NCBI GenBank assembly: GCA_035384965.1
Contig: DAOOJE010000013.1
Location: 13,531-77,530 of the forward strand
Source of the DNA: Thermoanaerobaculaceae bacterium
Lineage (GTDB): Bacteria > Acidobacteriota > Thermoanaerobaculia > Thermoanaerobaculales > Thermoanaerobaculaceae
DNA length: 64,000 nucleotides
Reading direction: 5' to 3'
Shown here: positions 20,652-30,234 of the stretch, piece after piece
Position numbering within the stretch: position 1 is the first letter of the stretch
Layout: every line of letters starts with the position of its first letter
Made by a program: the position numbers and the translations under genes
The notes under the pieces: generated by a model
The model's input: only the letters and a program-made list of their open reading frames with translations
Told to the model about the DNA's origin: nothing
Databases searched by the model: none

Positions 20652-21886
20652 GACTCGAGCCTCCGCACGGCGGCAGGCAGGACGATCCCGCCCCGCGGCC
20701 CGCACAAAGCCCCGGCCACCTTCTCCAGCCGGACCGTCCGGCGCGCCAGCGCGCGCACCCGCTCGGGGGTGATCGCCTCCAGTTCGCGGCGCACCACCGC
20801 TGCGTCGAACCGCCGGTGCCGGGCCAGCCACTCGCCGGCGTGCGCTTCCATGAGCGCGTCCGCGCCCTCGGCGCCGAGCACCACACCTGCCAGCAGCGCC
20901 TGCCGGGCGAGCTCGATCTCCCGTTCGCTCACGCCCCCCGCGCCCACTTCCGCCAGCACGCCCAGCAAGGCGCCCCAGCACGCGCCGAACTGCCGGGCCG
21001 GCGCCGAGAACACGATCTCGAGCACACCCGCAGGCGCGGCGGCGTAAACGGAGGTCGAGACCTCGTACACCAGTCCGAGGCGGTCCCGCAGCTCGCGGAA
21101 CAGCCGGCTCGAGGCGCCGCCCCCGAGGAGCTGGTGCAGAACCCCGAGCGCGTAGATGTCGGGGTGGTCGGCAGGCACCCCGGGCAGCACGAGGTTCGCG
21201 TAAACCTGCTCGATCCCGTCCCGCTCCTCGACGAGGACCCCGGACCGCCACGCCGGCGGCCGATGTGCGGCCCTCTCGGCCCCGAGCCGACACCGCCCCG
21301 CTCGCGCGAACGCTCGCGGCAGTGGCACGCCGGGCGGTGTCACCGCCACCAGCACCAGGTTGCCCGGCCCGAACCGGGCCCGGTGGTAGCGCGCCAGGTC
21401 GGAGACCGAAAGGCGTTCGACCACCTCTCGCCGGCCCAGCACCGGGCGGGCCAGCGGGTGGCTCCCCCAGCACGCCTGCAGTGCCAGCTCGGCCACCACC
21501 TCGGCCGGCGAGTCCTGGACGAGGTCGAACTCGGCGCCGACCACCGAGCGCTCCAGCTCCAGCTCGTCGGCCCTCACCACCGGCCGCAGCACCGCGTCGA
21601 GCACGAGGTCCGCGGCTTCCTCGCGGCGCTCCACCGGGACGTGGGCGGTCACGGCGCACACCTCCCGCGTCGTGAAGGCGTCCACCGAACCGCCGAGCGA
21701 ATCGGTCAGCTCGGCGATGGCCTCGGGGGTGCGCGCACCGCAGCGCCGCAGCAGCAAGTGTTCGAGCAGGTGGGTGACCCCCGCCAGCTCCCCCGGCTCA
21801 TCGGCCGAGCCGCACCTCACCCACGCCCCCACCGCGGCGGTGGCGCCGGGTGTGGTCTCGTGCAGGATCACGGGCGCGCCGCTCAT
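20648..21886 (-). CDS. M16 family (pitrilysin/insulinase-like) zinc peptidase
   Basis: 412 aa with an inverted zincin motif HLLEHLL (HxxEH) near the N-terminus. Typical M16 two-domain length. Confidence 0.85.
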   Translation of the reverse strand: MSGAPVILHETTPGATAAVGAWVRCGSADEPGELAGVTHLLEHLLLRRCGARTPEAIAELTDSLGGSVDAFTTREVCAVTAHVPVERREEAADLVLDAVLRPVVRADELELERSVVGAEFDLVQDSPAEVVAELALQACWGSHPLARPVLGRREVVERLSVSDLARYHRARFGPGNLVLVAVTPPGVPLPRAFARAGRCRLGAERAAHRPPAWRSGVLVEERDGIEQVYANLVLPGVPADHPDIYALGVLHQLLGGGASSRLFRELRDRLGLVYEVSTSVYAAAPAGVLEIVFSAPARQFGACWGALLGVLAEVGAGGVSEREIELARQALLAGVVLGAEGADALMEAHAGEWLARHRRFDAAVVRRELEAITPERVRALARRTVRLEKVAGALCGPRGGIVLPAAVRRLES

Positions 21887-21947
21887 GGAGCGCGAAGGAT
21901 ACCAGCCCCCTGCCTGGTCGAGGGGCGAGCTGATGACTGCGTGCCCG

Positions 21948-22595
21948 TCAGCGTTTCGGCGTCGGGACCACCGAGGGAACGGGGGGTTTGGGACCGGTCT
22001 GCTTGTTGGGATCGAAGACGAACTTCCAGTCGCAGTAGCGGTTGCGCCCGTCGAGGACGCGGATCGACTCCTCGCATGAGCGGGATGTCACGCCGACAAT
22101 AGGACCGCCTTGCGGCTGGCCAGGGGCGCCGGCGCCGGGCGTGGGCTGTGGAGTGGGCTGGGGGGTCGGCGTTGCCCGCCCGGCAGGCGGCCCCAGGGGT
22201 ATCGTCTGACCGTCCTGCCCGAAGAACAGCGGTTTCCAGTCCGCCTTGCCGGTCATGGGGTCGATCCACTTCTTGCGGATCACGCGCGGCTTCGCCGTGT
22301 ACAGCTCGTCGAGGCTGAGGGGAAAACGGCCGTTGCGGGCGCGGAAGAGGCGGATCGCCTCGACGAACTGCCCGCCCCGGAAGATCAACTCCTCTTCGTT
22401 CTCGCGCCGCTTCTGGAAGGTCACGCTCTGGATCGCCACGGTCAGCATGATGGCCATCACCGCCAGCACGACGATGAGCCCGGCCAGGGTGAATCCGCGC
22501 TGCCTCCCCCGGCCGGCCGGTCGCGGCTCGCACCCCGCGGGACGTGGTCGCGGCGACGTCCGCGCGAGGGCCGGGAGAACGGAACGCGTCCCCAT
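21948..22595 (-). CDS. pseudopilin-like protein with prepilin-type N-terminal domain, long leader, no Glu5
   Basis: ATG 22595 is the only in-frame start. A 33-aa leader (MGTRSVLPALARTSPRPRPAGCEPRPAGRGRQRG) precedes FTLAGLIVVLAVMAIMLTVAI. Position +5 is Gly, not Glu. The C-terminal part includes a TPTPQPTPQPTP linker. Confidence 0.75.
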   Translation of the reverse strand: MGTRSVLPALARTSPRPRPAGCEPRPAGRGRQRGFTLAGLIVVLAVMAIMLTVAIQSVTFQKRRENEEELIFRGGQFVEAIRLFRARNGRFPLSLDELYTAKPRVIRKKWIDPMTGKADWKPLFFGQDGQTIPLGPPAGRATPTPQPTPQPTPGAGAPGQPQGGPIVGVTSRSCEESIRVLDGRNRYCDWKFVFDPNKQTGPKPPVPSVVPTPKR

Positions 22596-22600
22596 CGGGG

Positions 22601-23128
22601 TCACCAGTCGGCGTAGCGGGAGCCGTCCAGCGCCGTGCCTTCGGACCCCGACCTCACGTCGATGATCCCCGCCGGCTGCTCTTGGTCGCGTTCGTCGGCT
22701 TCCTCGCTCGGCTGCTCGTAAATGGGGATCCAGGTGTCGGTGCTGCCGGTGAACGGATCGACCGGAAGCTTGCGGAGATAGCCCATGCTGACCAGCTCGT
22801 CGAGCGAGCTGGGGTAGCGCGTCCGGTCTCCGTGGAACTGGTCGATGCACGACCGCAGCGTGAAGAGGTCTTCCTTGAGTGCCGCCTCCTTGGCCCGGAT
22901 GGGCGCCGTCCGCATCGCCGGCACGGCGATGGTGGCGAGAATGCCGATGATGGTCACGACGATGATGAGCTCGATGAGCGTGAAGCCGCTTTCCGCCGCC
23001 CGGCGGCGCGGGCTCGAGCCGGCCCGGACCCGGGTCGGGGCGCCCTCCCCGAGCCAGCCCCCGTCGTCCCCGCCCGGACTCCGTCCGGATTCCGGGCCCC
23101 AACCAACAAGCAGGAGGTTTGATCTCAT
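22601..23128 (-). CDS. gspG: GspG-like major pseudopilin with unusually long leader
   Basis: ATG 23128 is the only in-frame start and overlaps the upstream stop as TGATG. A 46-aa leader precedes G|FTLIELIIVVTIIGILATIAVP. The GspG-like body continues with LKEDLFTLRSCIDQF....YP.SLDELV..GYLRKLPVDPFTG. Confidence 0.8.
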   Translation of the reverse strand: MRSNLLLVGWGPESGRSPGGDDGGWLGEGAPTRVRAGSSPRRRAAESGFTLIELIIVVTIIGILATIAVPAMRTAPIRAKEAALKEDLFTLRSCIDQFHGDRTRYPSSLDELVSMGYLRKLPVDPFTGSTDTWIPIYEQPSEEADERDQEQPAGIIDVRSGSEGTALDGSRYADW

Positions 23129-23580
23129 CACCAGTCCTTGTACTTGGTGCCGTCGAGGGCGGTTGCCGCCGAGAGCGAGTAGACGTCGTACACGTTCTGC
23201 CGGCCCCAGGTGCGGGAGTCCGGCTCGTCCTGGTAGGAGCGCAGGCCCCACTCGTCCTTGCCGGTCATCGGGTCGATCGGAATGCGCCGCAAGAACTTCC
23301 TCTTGACCGTCTGACCCACGACGTCGACGCCCTCGACAAGCACCTCGAGTTCCTTGGGATACCCCTCGGTCCCCAGCTCCACCTGGATCATCCCCTGGTC
23401 GGCCAGCCGCTTGTGCTCGTCGATGGCGTTGCGCATCTGGCGCAGCGCCAGCCGCAGCTCGGCTTCGCGCTGCCGCTTGATCGTGAACTTGGCCGTCGGC
23501 AGCGCCACCGCGGCCAGGATCGCGATGAGCGCCACGACCATCACGAGCTCGGCAAGCGTGAAGCCTCGCTGCCTGCTCAT
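23128..23580 (-). CDS. GspG-like pseudopilin (short canonical leader)
   Basis: ATG 23580 overlaps the secretin stop as ATGA. It starts MSRQRG|FTLAELVMVVALIAILAAVALP. It also has IPIDPMTGKDEWG. The track ORF 23128..24294 is over-extended. Confidence 0.8.
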   Translation of the reverse strand: MSRQRGFTLAELVMVVALIAILAAVALPTAKFTIKRQREAELRLALRQMRNAIDEHKRLADQGMIQVELGTEGYPKELEVLVEGVDVVGQTVKRKFLRRIPIDPMTGKDEWGLRSYQDEPDSRTWGRQNVYDVYSLSAATALDGTKYKDW

Positions 23581-25967
23581 GGCTCGCGCACCCCCGTGAC
23601 GACGGCGGCCGAGGCGACGCCCAGGATCGTCGCCCCGGAGCCGCTCACCGCCCCCACCGGCCCGGCGAAGATGAACGGAAGCTCGCCAGCCTGCCGCGGC
23701 CGCACGGTCACGCGCAGCAGCGTGCCGCTGCCGCGCGCCTGCCCGCTCCAGCCGGCTGTGATCCACCCGAGGGCGGGCGTGTGAATAGGCTGGACCTGCA
23801 GGTTCCGGCCGTCGCCCGGGAGGTCGCCGCCCTCCACCCGCACCACTTCCAGACGGGCCGGGTCGTAGGCGAAATGCAGCGGCGAGGCGACGCCTTCCGC
23901 GCCCGCATCGAGGACGACCGTGAGCACCCCTTCCGAGCCGACCACGACCGGCAAACGCGACGGGTAGAAGGCGAGGCGGGACAGGGCGATCTCCGCCGCC
24001 TGCAGCGTCAGGGTCGACGCTTCCGGCCGTTCCTGCCGCTCCTCGTCCTCGGATTTCCCTTCCTTCGGGACCGGGTGGATCCCCCCTCTTGCCGGCCCCT
24101 GTCGCTCGGGCGGCGGGAAGGCGAGCCGCGGCCGCCGCTCCCCCCGCTCGCCCTCGTCCACCTTTTCCTGCATGCCTGGATCGTCCATCGGCTCCGGCGC
24201 TGGCCCGGCTTCGCCGAACGGCCCGCCCTCGACCGCCGAGCGGATGCGTGGCGAGTTGCCGAAGACGGTGATGCGGTTCTCGGTGCCCACCCATACCGGG
24301 GCGAGGTCCTCCTCGGTGATGTTGGGGTTGCGGATGATGTGCGGCGTGATGGTCAGCACCAGCTCGGTCTGGGTGAGGTCGGCCGTGTTGCCCCGGAACA
24401 GCGGCCCCACGATCGGGAGATCAGCCAGAAACGGCAGGCCCGAGCGCGAGGTCCCCTTGCGATACTTGAGCAGCCCGGCCAGCATCGAGGTCTCGCCGTC
24501 CTTGAGGCGGATCACCGAGTCGATGCTTCGGGTGCCGATCTTGGGCTGCATGTTGCCGCCGCCGACGTCGACCTTGTCGCCGAGTTCGGAAACCTCCACC
24601 TTGAGCTTCATCGTGACCTCGTTGTTGTGGTGCACGCGCGGCTCGAGGTCGATCTTGATGCCCACGTCCTGGTACTGGAAGGCGGTGATGGGAACGATGT
24701 TGCCGCCCTGCGTCTGGGTCGTGTTGAACGTCGTGGTGGGGATCGGCACCCGGTCGCCGATCACCAGGTTGCCCTTCTCGCCTTCGGTGATGCGGAGCTG
24801 GGGCTGGGCCAGCGTCTCGGCCTCGCCCGAGGACTTGACGAGCTGGAGCGTCACCGACGGCATGGTGATCCCCCACATGCTGCGGGTGATGTCGCCGAGC
24901 TTGTCGAGCGGGATGCGGAAGTTGGTGGCGCTGCCCGACAGCTGCGTGGGGTCGAAGGAAATCGGGTAGCCGTCGGGAGTCGGTGCGGCGATCGCCACTC
25001 CGAGCTTGCGGGCGGCGTTGGAGTCGAGCTGGATCAGCTCCACGTCCACCAGCACTTCGGCCTTGGCCTTGTCGTTGGCGTTGATGAGGCGTTCGGCGAT
25101 CGCCACCTTGTCGGCGGTGTCCCGGATGACGATGGAGTTGAGCCGCTCGTTGACCGCGATGCGCCGGGCGTCGATGAGCGCCCGCAGCATATTGTTGACG
25201 TCCTTGACGTCGGCGTTGGAGAGAAAGAACGTCTTGACCACGAGGTCCTCGTAGTCGCGGCGGTTCTGCGGCGTGTCCTCGACGATGAGCACCGACCTGT
25301 CGTCGATCACCTTGTAAAAGTGCGTCGCGGCCTGCATCACGGTCTCGAGCGCCTGGCGCGCCGTGACGTCCTTGAGCTCGATGGTGATCTTGTTGTCCTT
25401 AAGCTTGCTGTCGAACAGGATGTTGATGCCGAACGCCTGGCCGATGGCCTTGTAGATGTCCCTGACGTTGGTCTGGTTGGGGAACGAGAGGCTGATCGGT
25501 TCGTCGGAGGCGGGGTTGAGGATCGGCGGCTTGACCTTCATCTCGGCTGCCGCTTTCTTCATCTGCTCGAGCTTCGAAGCGCCGCCCTCCTGGGCGAGGA
25601 TCGCGAGATCCTTCCTGGCCTTGCCGAGCTCCACCTCGGCGTACTGGTGGGTGGGGTCGAGCTGGACCGCGAGCTGCAGCTCCGTGACCGCTCGCTGCAG
25701 GTCGCCAGCATCTCGGAACGCGAGCCCCTTGCGGAAGTGCGCTTCGCCGGCCCTCTGGCGCGCCCGCTGGAGCGACATCTTCAGGCGCAGGTCCTCGGGC
25801 TTCTTGGCCAGAGCCTCCAGGTAGTGGTACACCGCCGCGTCCCAGTTCTCGACCCGCGCCGCTTCCTCGGCTCGGCGCGTCGTCGAGTAGGTTCCGCACG
25901 CCGCCACCGCCACCGCCGCGGCCAGCAGAACGGCCGTCTTGCTTCGATGCGTCTTGCTCACACTCAC
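23577..25967 (-). CDS. gspD: secretin (GspD/PilQ family) lipoprotein with TPR-like N-terminus and cohesin-like C-terminal extension
   Basis: GTG 25967 overlaps the upstream stop as GTGA. Lipobox AVAVAAC|GT. TPR-like region WDAAVYHYLEALAKKPED..AHFRKGLAFRDAGDLQRAVTELQLAVQLDP. Secretin N domains (VRDIYKAIGQAFGINILFD, FFLSNADVKDVNNMLRAL). Secretin core (IKIDLEPRV, GETSMLAGL, GLPFLADLPIVGPLF, ELVLTITPHII). About 170 aa follow it, including PLHFAYDPARLEVVRVEGGDL. Confidence 0.85.
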   Translation of the reverse strand: MSVSKTHRSKTAVLLAAAVAVAACGTYSTTRRAEEAARVENWDAAVYHYLEALAKKPEDLRLKMSLQRARQRAGEAHFRKGLAFRDAGDLQRAVTELQLAVQLDPTHQYAEVELGKARKDLAILAQEGGASKLEQMKKAAAEMKVKPPILNPASDEPISLSFPNQTNVRDIYKAIGQAFGINILFDSKLKDNKITIELKDVTARQALETVMQAATHFYKVIDDRSVLIVEDTPQNRRDYEDLVVKTFFLSNADVKDVNNMLRALIDARRIAVNERLNSIVIRDTADKVAIAERLINANDKAKAEVLVDVELIQLDSNAARKLGVAIAAPTPDGYPISFDPTQLSGSATNFRIPLDKLGDITRSMWGITMPSVTLQLVKSSGEAETLAQPQLRITEGEKGNLVIGDRVPIPTTTFNTTQTQGGNIVPITAFQYQDVGIKIDLEPRVHHNNEVTMKLKVEVSELGDKVDVGGGNMQPKIGTRSIDSVIRLKDGETSMLAGLLKYRKGTSRSGLPFLADLPIVGPLFRGNTADLTQTELVLTITPHIIRNPNITEEDLAPVWVGTENRITVFGNSPRIRSAVEGGPFGEAGPAPEPMDDPGMQEKVDEGERGERRPRLAFPPPERQGPARGGIHPVPKEGKSEDEERQERPEASTLTLQAAEIALSRLAFYPSRLPVVVGSEGVLTVVLDAGAEGVASPLHFAYDPARLEVVRVEGGDLPGDGRNLQVQPIHTPALGWITAGWSGQARGSGTLLRVTVRPRQAGELPFIFAGPVGAVSGSGATILGVASAAVVTGVREP

Positions 25968-26512
25968 CTCGCCAGTGGTACCTCGGTGTTGACCGTATCC
26001 GCGAACCCCACGTACCCGACCGTCACGCCGGTCGCCTTGACCTCGCGGATGATGAACTTGTTCTTCAGCGTGTCGCCCCGTGCCGCGGCCACGATCTCCT
26101 CGCCGTCGCGAAAGACGGCCACCGGCAGGCGGCTCGGGCCGAGCCAGCCGATGTACGTCAGCGTGAACGCCGGCGGCGGCGGCGGGCCCGGCGTGGGAGT
26201 GGGCCGCGGCACGACTGGCACCGGCGGGCGTGTCGGCAGGGGCGTGGGGGTCGGCCGACGGTCCGGAGTCGGCGTGGGAGGCGGACCGTACGTGAACAGG
26301 TTTCTCACGGTCCCGGGGGTCGGCAGCTCCCGACCGCCGAGCCGGCTCCACCCCAGGTCCGGGACGGTGTAGCTCTTCACCGGGGGCAACGCTCCCCCGG
26401 AACCCGCACCGCCGAGCAGCGTCGGGCGCCAGCGCGTGAGGCCGAAGACCGCCGCCGCTGCCAGCAGCACGAGCAGCAGAGCGAGCCGGCGCGGATCAGT
26501 CTTCGCTGCCAC
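25964..26512 (-). CDS. membrane-anchored Pro-rich protein in PilP/GspC position
   Basis: 182 aa. N-terminal TM (LALLLVLLAAAAVFG), then a Pro/Thr-rich linker (PPPTPTPDRRPTPTPLPTRPPVPVVPRPTPTPGPPPPP). The C-terminal beta domain reads FTLTYIGWLG...AVFRDGEEIVAAARGDTL..KFIIREV. Confidence 0.7.
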   Translation of the reverse strand: MAAKTDPRRLALLLVLLAAAAVFGLTRWRPTLLGGAGSGGALPPVKSYTVPDLGWSRLGGRELPTPGTVRNLFTYGPPPTPTPDRRPTPTPLPTRPPVPVVPRPTPTPGPPPPPAFTLTYIGWLGPSRLPVAVFRDGEEIVAAARGDTLKNKFIIREVKATGVTVGYVGFADTVNTEVPLAR

Positions 26513-27113
26513 CCTTCACCTCCCTCGCGCCCAGCTCCCGCACCAGCGCCTCGTCCACCTCCGAGAAATACGTCCCCATCGTCAACCTCACCGACACGTC
26601 CAGGCTCGCCGCCGACTGGTCGCCCTCGAGCCCGAGCCCCTCGAGGACGATGAACTGGGGCGAACTCTCGAGCAGGAAGACACAGCGCCGGATCTGCTCG
26701 TACGAGCCCTTCACGCTGTACGAGGCGGTGAAGTACACGAGGCCGGACTTTTCCTCCCGCTTGTAGGCGTAGCCGATGCTCTCCACGCCGAGCCCGGCTT
26801 CCTGGGCCAGGCGGAGGACCTCCTGCAGGAACGGGATGAGCCGTTCCTTCATGCCTGCGAGCTGATCCCGCCGCAGCACGCGCAGGTTCTCGCGCAGCTC
26901 GCCGAGCCTGGCGCGCGTGTCCTCGAGCCGGCGCGCGCTCTCCTCCAGGCGCGCGACCTCCGACTGCAACTGCTCGGCCTGCGCCGCCAACGCCGAGCCT
27001 CGCTCCAGCACCGCCGATCGGAACCCGAACACCCACGCCAGGTTGGCGGCCAGGAGCAGGGCCGGGATCGTCCACGCCCACCAGTGACGCCACCACGCCC
27101 CGGGCCTGCTCAT
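26496..27113 (-). CDS. PilO/GspM-like pilus/secretion assembly protein
   Basis: ATG 27113 overlaps the upstream stop as ATGA. One TM segment (WWAWTIPALLLAANLAWVFGF), then a coiled coil, then a ferredoxin-like C-terminus (VYFTASYSVKGSYEQIRRCVFLLESSPQFIVLEGL). Confidence 0.7.
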   Translation of the reverse strand: MSRPGAWWRHWWAWTIPALLLAANLAWVFGFRSAVLERGSALAAQAEQLQSEVARLEESARRLEDTRARLGELRENLRVLRRDQLAGMKERLIPFLQEVLRLAQEAGLGVESIGYAYKREEKSGLVYFTASYSVKGSYEQIRRCVFLLESSPQFIVLEGLGLEGDQSAASLDVSVRLTMGTYFSEVDEALVRELGAREVKGGSED

Positions 27114-27682
27114 GGCCGACCTCCGGGCCAGTACGTGACCGACAGGCTCACCTGGTATCCCTGGCCGCCCGAGGACGCCGGCGAGTCCTCGCTGGCGGGC
27201 ACGGGGTCCGAGAACGAGGGGTCGGCGAACAGCGCCGCCAGCAACCCCAGCCAGGCCTCGCGCGAAACCGCCACGCCGCGCAGCGTCAGGCGCAGCGACC
27301 CCTCCTTCTGGGCTGCCGGTGTGACGCTCACGAGCCGTACGTTCCACGGCACCACCCGCTCGAGGTCGGCCAGCATCTGGCTCCACGAGAGCTGCCGGCG
27401 CGCCACCACCTCCTGGAACGCCGCCGTCTCCGCCTGTAGCTTGCGCCACCCGACGGCCCCCAGCTCGCGGTCCGCCGCGGCGACTTCCCTCGCGAGGCGG
27501 TCGCGGCGCGCGCGGAGAGCCCGCACCTGCTCGATCTGGTCCTGCTCGACGCTGCGGGCACCCAGCAGCTCGCTCACCGAGACGACGCTGAGTGCCGCCG
27601 CCACGACCGCCAGGGCGGCGCCCAGCGTCCACACCGGCCGGCTGTTCTCGAAGCGGTCACGGGCCAGGTTGGGCCGCTGCAT
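27110..27682 (-). CDS. PilN-like fimbrial assembly protein
   Basis: ATG 27682 overlaps the PilM-like stop as TGATG (alternative ATG 27706). It begins MQRPNLARDRFENSRP. One TM follows (LGAALAVVAAALSVVSV), then a coiled coil and C-terminal VRLVSVT...LRLTLRGVA. Confidence 0.7.
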   Translation of the reverse strand: MQRPNLARDRFENSRPVWTLGAALAVVAAALSVVSVSELLGARSVEQDQIEQVRALRARRDRLAREVAAADRELGAVGWRKLQAETAAFQEVVARRQLSWSQMLADLERVVPWNVRLVSVTPAAQKEGSLRLTLRGVAVSREAWLGLLAALFADPSFSDPVPASEDSPASSGGQGYQVSLSVTYWPGGRP

Positions 27683-28596
27683 CACTCCTCCCTGCCGGAG
27701 CCGCACGCCAGCAGCGCCCCCAGCAGCGCCCCCGGCAGCGCGGTTTGGGCCGGCACGCGTTCAGCGCCCACGACCAGCCGGCGCACCGCGAGCTGCGGAC
27801 GGTCCGCCACCGCGGCCTCGACCTCGGCGGCCATCTCGCCGTCGAACGCCACGACCCACATTTCCACGCCGCGGCTCGAGCCTCCGTCTCCCTGCAGCAA
27901 GGTCAGCGAGTGCTCCACCTCGCGGGCCACGAAGCCGGCGGCGAGCGCCGCGTCGGCCGGCAGCGCCTTCTGGCGCAGCAGCGTGACCGCGCCGTTCTCC
28001 ACCCCGGCGAACCCCAGCGAGCGCGGCTCCGCGACCACCACGAGGTACGGCCCGCCAGCAGGGGGCGCCAGGTTGGCGACGGCCAGCGCCGTGCTCTCGA
28101 TGCGGCCCACCCGCACCCCGGCCGCGGCCAGCGTCTCCTCGATCACGGCCAGCGGCCGGTCGAGCGCCAGGACCACCAGCACGTGCCCTTCGGTGCGCAT
28201 CGGCAGGTAATCCAGCCGCACCTCCTCCGGCCGGCACGGCAGCAGCTTCTTGAGCCGCCAGCGGATCACGTCCTCGGCTTCCTGTCGCCGGCGCGGCAGC
28301 CCGCCCACGTCGATCTGCACGCTCCTCGTCCAGGCCGTGGGAAGCAGCACCGTGCCGCGCGGCGGGAGCTTGCCGGCGGCCTGTGCGAGGCGGCCGAGGG
28401 CGGCGGCCAGCAGGGCACGGTCGACCTGCAGCAGCCCCACCGGTCCTTGCCGGAAGCACTCGGGGTCGACTGGCACGGCTTCGGCGCGCACGAGAGCGTC
28501 CCGCCGGCGCGACAGCAGCGCCAGCGTGATCTGGTCGTCCGCCAGGGCCAGGACGGCGGGCGGGAGCGGGGTGGTGAGGAACCGTGGGAGTCTCAT
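27682..28596 (-). CDS. PilM/GspL-like cytoplasmic (actin-fold) assembly protein
   Basis: ATG 28596 overlaps the gspE stop as ATGA. About 304 aa, no TM segment, and located directly upstream of the PilN-like gene. The call rests on weak sequence signatures and gene order. Confidence 0.6.
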   Translation of the reverse strand: MRLPRFLTTPLPPAVLALADDQITLALLSRRRDALVRAEAVPVDPECFRQGPVGLLQVDRALLAAALGRLAQAAGKLPPRGTVLLPTAWTRSVQIDVGGLPRRRQEAEDVIRWRLKKLLPCRPEEVRLDYLPMRTEGHVLVVLALDRPLAVIEETLAAAGVRVGRIESTALAVANLAPPAGGPYLVVVAEPRSLGFAGVENGAVTLLRQKALPADAALAAGFVAREVEHSLTLLQGDGGSSRGVEMWVVAFDGEMAAEVEAAVADRPQLAVRRLVVGAERVPAQTALPGALLGALLACGSGREE

Positions 28597-30227
28597 TCGA
28601 CGAACGTCACCTTGTTGACTTCCTTGAGGGTGGTCACGCCGGCAAAGACCTTCTCCAGCGCCGACTCGCGGAGGAACTTCATGCCCTCGGCCTTGGCCTC
28701 GCGCTTGATTTCCGCGGCGGGGCGCTTGTCCAGGATGAGGACGCGGATGTTGTCGGACAGGTCCATGAGCTCGGAGATCGCGCACCGGCCCAGGAAGCCG
28801 GTGCCGTTGCACTCGATGCAGCCGGCGCCCTCGAAGAAGGTGACCCCCACGACTTGGTCGCGGGTGAGCCCCGACTCGTCGAGGAGCTGGTCGGAGACCT
28901 TCGCCTCGCGCCGGCAGTGGGGGCAGATGCGGCGCACCAGCCGCTGCGCGAGCACGCAGTTGAGGGCCGAGACGAAGTTGTAGAGGTCCACGTTCATGTT
29001 GAGGAACCGCCCGAGCACGTCGACCACGTTGTTGGCGTGCACGGTGGTGAACACGAGGTGGCCGGTGAGCGCCGACTGCACCGCGATTTGCGCCGTCTCC
29101 TCGTCGCGGATCTCGCCGACCATGATCTTGTCGGGGTCGTGCCGCAAGATCGACCGCAGGCCGCGCGCGAACGTGAGGCCCTTCTTTTCGTTGACCGGGA
29201 TCTGGGTGATGCCCGGGAGCTGGTACTCCACGGGGTCCTCGATCGTGACGATCTTGTCCTCGACGCTCACGATCTCTGACAGGCAGGCGTACAGGGTGGT
29301 GGTCTTCCCGGACCCGGTCGGCCCGGTCACGAGCACCATACCGTACGGCTCGCGGATGAACTTGCGCAGCTTGCGCTTGGTGTCCTCGTCGAACCCCAGC
29401 ACGTCCAGGTTGAGAGTGCGGAACTCCTTGTTGGCCGATTCCTTGTCCAGAATGCGGATGACCACGTCCTCGCCGTGGGTGGTGGGCATCACTGAGACCC
29501 GGAAGTCGATGGTCCGCCCCTTCATGCGCAGCTTGAAGCGGCCGTCCTGAGGGATGCGCTTTTCGGCGATGTCGAGTTCCGACATGACCTTGACGCGCGA
29601 GATGATGGTCGCGTGGTAGCGCTTGTCGATCGGCTCCATGGCCTGGTACAGCACGCCGTCGATGCGGTACTTGACGATCACCTCGGTGTCGCGCGTCTCG
29701 ATGTGGATGTCGGAGGCGCGCCGCTGGATGGCGTTGAAGACGATGGTGTCGACCAGCTTGATGACCGGCGAGGTGTCGGCGGTGATCGACTCGATGGACA
29801 GCGCCTCCTCGCCGTTCTCGCGTTCCTGCACGAGCTGGATGCGGAAGTCCTCCGTCGCCTCGTCGAGCACCCTCTGCGTCGAGTCCGACTTCTCGAGAAT
29901 CTCCGAGATGCGGGCCGGCGGCCCGACCCGCACCTCGATCGGGGCGCCGATGGCGAGTTCCAGCTCGTCGAGGGCGGCGAGGTCCGAGGGGTCGGCCATC
30001 ACCACCACGACCACGTCCCCGCGGCGCTCGAGCGGAACGAACTGGTAACGTAGCATCAGCTCCACCGGGATCTGGCGGAAGAGCTCGGGCTCGCCCCGAA
30101 AATCGGAGAGGTCGTGGAACGGCAGGCGCAGCCGCTCGGCCAGCGCCAGCGCCCCCTGTCGCTCCTCCTCGCCGCGGCCTCCACCTCTGAGGTAACGCTG
30201 GGCAAAGGTGTTGAGGTCTTCCGCCAT
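28593..30227 (-). CDS. gspE: type II secretion / type IV pilus assembly ATPase (GspE/PilB family)
   Basis: 544 aa with a T2SSE_N-type N-domain. Motifs: ASDIHIE, Walker A LVTGPTGSGKTTTLYA, Asp box IVTIEDPVEY, Walker B IMVGEIRDEETA and His box GHLVFTTVHAN. The tetracysteine motif is CPHC...CIEC. Confidence 0.9.
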   Translation of the reverse strand: MAEDLNTFAQRYLRGGGRGEEERQGALALAERLRLPFHDLSDFRGEPELFRQIPVELMLRYQFVPLERRGDVVVVVMADPSDLAALDELELAIGAPIEVRVGPPARISEILEKSDSTQRVLDEATEDFRIQLVQERENGEEALSIESITADTSPVIKLVDTIVFNAIQRRASDIHIETRDTEVIVKYRIDGVLYQAMEPIDKRYHATIISRVKVMSELDIAEKRIPQDGRFKLRMKGRTIDFRVSVMPTTHGEDVVIRILDKESANKEFRTLNLDVLGFDEDTKRKLRKFIREPYGMVLVTGPTGSGKTTTLYACLSEIVSVEDKIVTIEDPVEYQLPGITQIPVNEKKGLTFARGLRSILRHDPDKIMVGEIRDEETAQIAVQSALTGHLVFTTVHANNVVDVLGRFLNMNVDLYNFVSALNCVLAQRLVRRICPHCRREAKVSDQLLDESGLTRDQVVGVTFFEGAGCIECNGTGFLGRCAISELMDLSDNIRVLILDKRPAAEIKREAKAEGMKFLRESALEKVFAGVTTLKEVNKVTFVE

Positions 30228-30234
30228 GATCTCC

